The notes beneath the pieces are model-generated. The model was not told where the DNA came from. It saw nothing but the letters and a program-made list of their open reading frames with translations, and did no database searches. Made by a program: the position numbers and the translations under genes. A stretch of DNA of 64,000 bases from Bacteroidales bacterium (lineage in GTDB: Bacteria > Bacteroidota > Bacteroidia > Bacteroidales > Salinivirgaceae), in contig JAAYQU010000035.1 in assembly GCA_012519055.1 (NCBI GenBank), forward strand, positions 7,535 to 71,534. Reading direction: 5' to 3'. Shown here piece by piece: positions 58,468-64,000 of the stretch (position 1 is its first letter; the number at the start of each line of letters is the position of its first letter).

Positions 58468-59499
58468 TTATTCATCAAGAGGAGCTGTCTCTAAGGCTTT
58501 TACAACTTTTTCCTCTATTTCTGCCTGTAGCTCAGGATTGTCGGTCAGCAGTTGTCTTACAGCTTCGCGTCCTTGTCCAAGTCGAGTTTCTCCGTAGCTA
58601 AACCACGAGCCTGCTTTTTTGATAATATCAAAATCGACACCTAAGTCAATTATCTCGCCGGTTTTACAGATTCCCTCGCCATACATTATATCGAACTCGG
58701 CTTTTTTGAACGGTGGTGCCATCTTGTTTTTCACCACTTTGGCGCGTGTTCGGCTACCACGTGAATCTTCTCCATCTTTTATTGCTGATATTCGTCTAAC
58801 ATCAACTCTAACCGAGGCGTAGAATTTAAGAGCATTACCGCCGGTTGTGGTTTCAGGGTTGCCAAACATTATACCTATCTTCTCACGTAACTGGTTGATA
58901 AAGATACAGGTTGTGTTTGTTCTGCTGATATTTGCGGTCAACTTTCTGAGTGCTTGCGACATAAGTCGTGCATGCAAACCCATGCGTGAATCGCCCATTT
59001 CGCCCTCAATTTCTGCTTTGGGGGTCAGAGCAGCAACAGAGTCGATAACGATAATGCTTATCGAACCACTTCTGATTAGCGAGTCGGCTATCTCTAAAGC
59101 TTGTTCACCGTTATCGGGCTGCGATATATATAGTTGGTCTAACTTAATGCCTAAATTTTTTGCATAAACGCGGTCTAAAGCGTGTTCAGCATCAATAAAA
59201 GCAGCTAACCCACCATTTTTTTGCGCTTCGGCAATAGCATGCAGTGCTAAGGTTGTTTTTCCCGACGCTTCGGGACCGTAAATTTCTATAATTCTTCCGC
59301 AGGGGTAACCACCAATCCCAAGGGCTGCATTTAAGCCAACAGAACCAGATGATATTACAGGTACTTGTACGACTGAGGTATCATCAAGCTTCATTATGGT
59401 TCCTTTGCCGTATGTTTTTTCTATTTTATCGAGAGTAATTTTTAGAGCTTTTAGTTTTTCTTCGTTTACGCTCTGCTCTTCGGTTTTTTCTTTTGCCAT
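58468..59499 (-). CDS. recA: recombinase RecA
   Basis: 343 aa with Walker [19 protein letters not shown] and L1/L2 loop regions. Confidence 0.98.
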   Translation of the reverse strand: MAKEKTEEQSVNEEKLKALKITLDKIEKTYGKGTIMKLDDTSVVQVPVISSGSVGLNAALGIGGYPCGRIIEIYGPEASGKTTLALHAIAEAQKNGGLAAFIDAEHALDRVYAKNLGIKLDQLYISQPDNGEQALEIADSLIRSGSISIIVIDSVAALTPKAEIEGEMGDSRMGLHARLMSQALRKLTANISRTNTTCIFINQLREKIGIMFGNPETTTGGNALKFYASVRVDVRRISAIKDGEDSRGSRTRAKVVKNKMAPPFKKAEFDIMYGEGICKTGEIIDLGVDFDIIKKAGSWFSYGETRLGQGREAVRQLLTDNPELQAEIEEKVVKALETAPLDE

Positions 59500-59577
59500 A
59501 TTGTTGAGTTATTTATTGTTTCTATTCGTTTTTATAATATGCTGATTTTGGTTTCGTCTAGTTGATTTTCTTAGCAA

Positions 59578-60048
59578 CTATTTTGCTTCTTCCAACATCT
59601 TAAGGATTTGTGCTGTGTGGTTTTTAGTATCAACCTTGTTGATTATAAGTTTTATTTTACCCTCTTTATCAATTATATATGTTTTACGTAATACACCCTC
59701 GTATGTTCTGCCATACATCTTCTTTTCTCCCCAAGCGTTATAGCTTTTTAAAATATTTTTTTCGGTGTCGGCAATTAGGTTGAATGCCAAGTTGTGTTTT
59801 GCAATAAATTTTTGGTGCGATGTGGCAGAATCAGGGCTTACGCCGATAACCTCGAACCCTTGTTTTGTCAAACTTGCGTAATTGTCGTTTAAGTTACAGG
59901 CTTCGGCCGTGCAACCAGGGGTATTGTCTTTTGGATAGAAGTAAAGAATTAAATTTTTGCCGGCAAAATCGCTTAGTTTGATTGTTTTGCCATCTTGGTT
60001 TATTCCTTCAAAATTTGGTGCTTTTTGTCCTATTTCAAGAGTTTTCAT
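59578..60048 (-). CDS. bcp: thioredoxin-dependent peroxiredoxin Bcp
   Basis: 156 aa with the FYPKDNTPGCT peroxidatic Cys motif. Confidence 0.92.
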   Translation of the reverse strand: MKTLEIGQKAPNFEGINQDGKTIKLSDFAGKNLILYFYPKDNTPGCTAEACNLNDNYASLTKQGFEVIGVSPDSATSHQKFIAKHNLAFNLIADTEKNILKSYNAWGEKKMYGRTYEGVLRKTYIIDKEGKIKLIINKVDTKNHTAQILKMLEEAK

Positions 60049-60112
60049 AATGGTGTTATGTTATTGATTAATAGACAAATAATTATAAAAGATACAGTGC
60101 GTATCGAAATAG

Positions 60113-60120
60113 CAAATTTA
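60113..60120 (-). promoter_or_regulatory. candidate -7 box TAAATTTG (minus strand) for bcp(-recA)
   Basis: TAnnTTTG match 65 nt upstream of the bcp ATG. Confidence 0.35.
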
Positions 60121-60313
60121 ACCAACATATTTACGAATACAAAATAAAGTAATAATGTTACTAAAAATTTTTATGGTCACATTGCATAAAAGCCTTAAAT
60201 TTATGGGCTCTGTTTATGCAAAAATTATTTGTGTTACACTTTTTAGGATATTATCGTATGGTTACAAACAGAATGAATTTCATGTATAACTTTAAATAAA
60301 AAATTATAATCCA

Positions 60314-62896
60314 ATGAAAACAACCTTATTATACATGTTTGTTTTTTTAGCGACAAGCCTGTCAGCTATGTCCGATACTTTATCAGTACAGTCGTGGTTG
60401 GTCTCTCAACCACAGATAGTAAAAAAACCTATTTTTTCGGATACTAAAAACACGCAAAACGAAACATTTAAAAACGCTGATTTGCTAAAATACGACAATT
60501 TCGATATTCAAAGTATCACTCCTAAAGAGAACGAGTTGTTTAATCAAACGGGTGTGTGGTCGGTAAAAATTTTAACTGACAATACGCTCAATATTGTAAA
60601 TAGCGATACAAGTGAAATAGGGGTCAACTATGTGGGCACATATATTTGGGTTGAAAGATGGATGAAACTAAAATTGGAAATAAAAAGCCCCCAGATGATT
60701 CGCGCATGGTTAGATGATTCAGAAATAGGCACAAAGCAAACCTCCGAATCAAATATCGAAAAACAGGGAAAGATTTCGAAAGAGTTAAAGCTTGAAAGAG
60801 GGAAGCACAAACTTATGATAAAAACTTTGCATTTCCCTTCCGATTCATGCCAATGGTCAATCTCTGCATCGGTTATAATTGACAGTACTGTTGCTTCTGA
60901 AAATATTAGAATTGAGACAGACCCAACGGACAGAAAAAACATTTCGCATATAATGCACGGAACAAGATGTTCGGGGGTAAAACTGTCGCCTGATGCTAAA
61001 TACTACTCTATATCTTACAGAATAACTAAGCCCGGAGGAGAAAATCCCGAGTCATGGACAGAGATAAAGCGTACCAACGATGATAACTTGATTTTTAGCT
61101 TTCAACATTCTAGGATTTCACAATTACAGTGGTTGCCAAAATCAAACAGGTTGTCGTATATTGTAAATGTTGGTAAAGATAAACATATGTATGTTTTTGA
61201 TGTTGAGAAGTTAACATCTGAAAGACTGTTTGTTGAAACAAAAGATATGGGCTGGTGTACATGGTCACCAGATGAGTCGTATGTGATATACAATATTACC
61301 GAAAAAGATGACTTCACTTACACAACCACGAAAAGAGTTGATGGAATGAGCGACCGCTTATCTGGATATAGAGATCGATCGTTTATCCATAAATTTGATA
61401 TTAAAACTTTAAGTAAAGAACGTTTAACATTTGGAAATCAGAGTACATATGTAAGTGACATAAGTCCTGATAGTCGCTATTTGGCAGTAAGCACAAGTTA
61501 CCGTGACTATACCGAGCGTCCCTATTCTAAACAACAAGTTTATATAGTTGATCTTAAAACCCTGACAGTCGATACTTTATGGACAGATAAACGTTGGTCT
61601 GTTAGTGTTAGTTTTTCGCCAGACGGTAAAAAGTTGCTGTGTGCCGGAGGTCCTTCTGCATTTGGAGAGATAGGCGAAAACATAGGGGAATATAAAATCG
61701 CAAACAACTACGATACTCAGCTATATATTTACGATATTGTAACAAAAACAGTCGATCCTATAACTAAGGACTTTAACCCCTCGGTTGATAACGCAATATG
61801 GTCAAGCGCAGATAACAATATCTACATAAGCACTACAGATAAAGATAGTAAACGCATTTATAAATACGAAGTTAAGAAAAATAAATTTGTTCCTATAACT
61901 CAGAAAAACGAGTATGTTACAGGGCTCGATATGGCAAGTAAAGCAACTGTGATATCTTATAAATCATCAAAAACAAACCTATATGGTTCTTACAGAATAT
62001 TAGATTTAAAAAGCAACAAGTTAAAAATTGTCGAAGAGCTTGAAAAGCAAAATTATAAAAATGTTGAACTTGGCGAAGTTAGAGATTGGAATTTTGTTTC
62101 ATCGCAGGGAGTTGAAATCAGCGGTCGTTACTATCTGCCAGTCGGTTTTGATACAACAAAGAAATATCCGGTAATTGTTTATTACTATGGTGGCACTACT
62201 CCCGTAGGCAGAACTTTTGGAGGACGTTATCCATTCAACTTGTGGGCTGGAGCAGGTTATATTGTTTATGTGTTACAACCAAGCGGAGCTACAGGGTTTG
62301 GACAAGAGTTTTCTGCTGCACACGTCAACAACTGGGGAATTACCGTGGCTGATGAAATAATTGAAGGCACTAAAAAGTTTTTAGCGGAGCACTCTTTTGC
62401 AGACGAAAAACACGTTGGTTGTATCGGTGCTTCGTATGGAGGGTTTATGACCATGCTGCTAACCACTCGTACTGATATTTTTGCTGCAGCAATATCGCAT
62501 GCCGGTATTAGCTCAATATCAAGTTATTGGGGTGTGGGAAATTGGGGATATGCGTACAGCGCCGAGGCAACGGCAGATAGTTATCCATGGAATGCAAAAG
62601 ATTTGTATGTTGATCAAAGCCCACTATTCAACGCCGACAAGGTAACAACACCTCTGCTTCTGCTTACTGGTGACAGTGATACAAATGTTCCACCTGGTGA
62701 GAGCATTCAGCTATATACAGCATTAAAAATTTTAGGAAAAGAGGTGGAATTAGTGACGGTTAAAGACGAAGATCATCATATTTTTGGATATAAGAACCGA
62801 ATAGAGTGGCATAATACAATTATGGCGTGGTGGGACAAATATCTTAAAAATCAAGAAGATTGGTGGAATGAATTGTACCCAACTAAAAATTATTAA
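60314..62896 (+). CDS. S9 family serine peptidase with long N-terminal domain and TolB-like beta-propeller
   Basis: 860 aa with a signal peptide, repeated SPD(G/S/A)-type propeller blades, the GCIGASYGGF nucleophile elbow and GDSDTNVP / DHH catalytic regions. Confidence 0.85.
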   Translation: MKTTLLYMFVFLATSLSAMSDTLSVQSWLVSQPQIVKKPIFSDTKNTQNETFKNADLLKYDNFDIQSITPKENELFNQTGVWSVKILTDNTLNIVNSDTSEIGVNYVGTYIWVERWMKLKLEIKSPQMIRAWLDDSEIGTKQTSESNIEKQGKISKELKLERGKHKLMIKTLHFPSDSCQWSISASVIIDSTVASENIRIETDPTDRKNISHIMHGTRCSGVKLSPDAKYYSISYRITKPGGENPESWTEIKRTNDDNLIFSFQHSRISQLQWLPKSNRLSYIVNVGKDKHMYVFDVEKLTSERLFVETKDMGWCTWSPDESYVIYNITEKDDFTYTTTKRVDGMSDRLSGYRDRSFIHKFDIKTLSKERLTFGNQSTYVSDISPDSRYLAVSTSYRDYTERPYSKQQVYIVDLKTLTVDTLWTDKRWSVSVSFSPDGKKLLCAGGPSAFGEIGENIGEYKIANNYDTQLYIYDIVTKTVDPITKDFNPSVDNAIWSSADNNIYISTTDKDSKRIYKYEVKKNKFVPITQKNEYVTGLDMASKATVISYKSSKTNLYGSYRILDLKSNKLKIVEELEKQNYKNVELGEVRDWNFVSSQGVEISGRYYLPVGFDTTKKYPVIVYYYGGTTPVGRTFGGRYPFNLWAGAGYIVYVLQPSGATGFGQEFSAAHVNNWGITVADEIIEGTKKFLAEHSFADEKHVGCIGASYGGFMTMLLTTRTDIFAAAISHAGISSISSYWGVGNWGYAYSAEATADSYPWNAKDLYVDQSPLFNADKVTTPLLLLTGDSDTNVPPGESIQLYTALKILGKEVELVTVKDEDHHIFGYKNRIEWHNTIMAWWDKYLKNQEDWWNELYPTKNY

Positions 62897-62931
62897 TTTT
62901 GGAGGTATTAACATAAAAACAAAACAACCCA

Positions 62932-63906
62932 ATGTCGGACTTAGAAGATATCAAAAAGCCTATTGAGGCTGAACTTAAACTCTTTAATGAGATATTTAGA
63001 GATAATATACTTACTGACAGTGGGTTGTTGCGTTCTGTTATTAATTATGTTTTAAAAAGTAAAGGGAAGCAATTGCGTCCAATTATAGTTTTTCTTACAG
63101 CCGGAGCTTGCGGAAAAATTAACCCAAAAACACATAATGCCGCAGCATTAATTGAGTTAATGCACACAGCAACCTTAATCCACGACGATGTAGTTGATGA
63201 CAGTCTCTTCAGACGTAATGCCTTTAGCATAAATGGATTATGGAAAAACAAAGTTGCCGTACTCATAGGCGATTATCTTTTAGCTCGAGGATTGCTTTTA
63301 GCGGTTAAAAACAAGGAGTTTGACCTGTTAGAGGCTGTCTCCTCAGCCGTAGATGAGATGAGTCGCGGCGAGATTTTACAGATAAAAAAGAGCAGACAGC
63401 TAAATATCACTGAAACAGAATATTTTGAGATTATTGAGAAAAAAACAGCTTCACTAATAGCTGCATGTGCAAAAATCGGGGCAGAGTCGGTTGACGCAGA
63501 TGAACAGACAGTTGCAAAAATGCACGAGTTTGGAATTAATTTAGGAATCGCATTTCAAATCAAGGACGACCTATTCGATTATAAATTAGACAACAAAACA
63601 GGCAAACCAGCCGGCAACGACCTGAAAGAACACAAACTAACTCTACCCTTGATTTTCACAAAAGAGCGAGCCAACTACAAAGAAAGACGGAAACTTCTAA
63701 AAATTATTAAATCGAAAAACCATTCGTATTCCCAAATAGCCAATCTTGTAGAAATTGTTTCAAATAAAGGCGGTTTTGACTACGCCACACAACGTATGAT
63801 AGACTATAAAAACTTAGCTTTAGATTGCTTAGAGGTACTGCCTGATAATGAGTATCGTAAGGCTTTGAAACAGCTGGTTGAGTTTGTTATTGATAGAGAC
63901 GAGTAA
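62932..63906 (+). CDS. ispB: polyprenyl diphosphate synthase (IspB-like, trans-IPPS)
   Basis: 324 aa with a first DDxxD motif (IHDDVVDD) and a second (IKDDLFD). Confidence 0.85.
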   Translation: MSDLEDIKKPIEAELKLFNEIFRDNILTDSGLLRSVINYVLKSKGKQLRPIIVFLTAGACGKINPKTHNAAALIELMHTATLIHDDVVDDSLFRRNAFSINGLWKNKVAVLIGDYLLARGLLLAVKNKEFDLLEAVSSAVDEMSRGEILQIKKSRQLNITETEYFEIIEKKTASLIAACAKIGAESVDADEQTVAKMHEFGINLGIAFQIKDDLFDYKLDNKTGKPAGNDLKEHKLTLPLIFTKERANYKERRKLLKIIKSKNHSYSQIANLVEIVSNKGGFDYATQRMIDYKNLALDCLEVLPDNEYRKALKQLVEFVIDRDE

Positions 63907-63955
63907 AATATATAAGGAGAAAGGTAGAAAGTGCAAGTAGCAAGGTAAAAGTTGG

Positions 63956-63982
63956 CGGTCACTGAACTTGTCGAAGTGACCG
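63956..63982. repeat. hairpin CGGTCACT gaacttgtcga AGTGACCG carrying the CTTGTCGAAG word
   Basis: 8-bp stem. The loop word is the reverse complement of the loop word in hairpin 51727-51751 (GGTGGCTT cgacaagct AAGCCACC). Confidence 0.5.
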
Positions 63983-64000
63983 ACACTGGATCTTTTGCGG

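Noticed and set aside
59500-59577. A canonical LexA/SOS box upstream of recA.
   Set aside because: No CTGT-N8-ACAG-like or other clear palindrome is visible in the 78-bp spacer. recA may be co-transcribed with bcp.

Overview
This is an AT-rich chromosomal window (about one-third G+C by eye, not computed). It is densely packed with housekeeping genes, and I assign it to Bacteroidota. Support for that: two proteins end in clear type IX secretion (T9SS) C-terminal sorting domains, there is a GldA-like ABC ATPase, the block flippase-dut-TPR-DUF4292-M23 peptidase is present, TAnnTTTG -7 promoter boxes occur, and Shine-Dalgarno sequences are largely absent. About 50 CDS and one tRNA (anticodon CAT) are supported. 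They include truB, queA, nadA, dut, ybeY, mnmG, adenine deaminase, typA, deoC, an alanine-dehydrogenase-family gene, polA, a tatD-tcdA-dtd operon, pyrH, a umuD/umuC-like pair, metK, pepP, recA, bcp and an ispB-like gene. There are also two large S9 peptidases, a TonB-dependent receptor and a 1324-aa hybrid sensor kinase. I found no transposase, integrase, CRISPR array, cas gene, reverse transcriptase or recognisable defence gene. The most unusual content is non-coding. Almost every intergenic region longer than about 100 bp is assembled from a small vocabulary of recurring short words and hairpins, described in the findings. The main protein-level oddities are: an EnvC-like M23 peptidase translationally coupled to a 1078-aa membrane coiled-coil protein; an orphan RsbW-like kinase coupled to ybeY-mnmG; two paralogous YD-repeat-like T9SS cargo proteins; and a small family of secreted paralogs. 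All functional calls come from motif recognition by eye; no database search was run.
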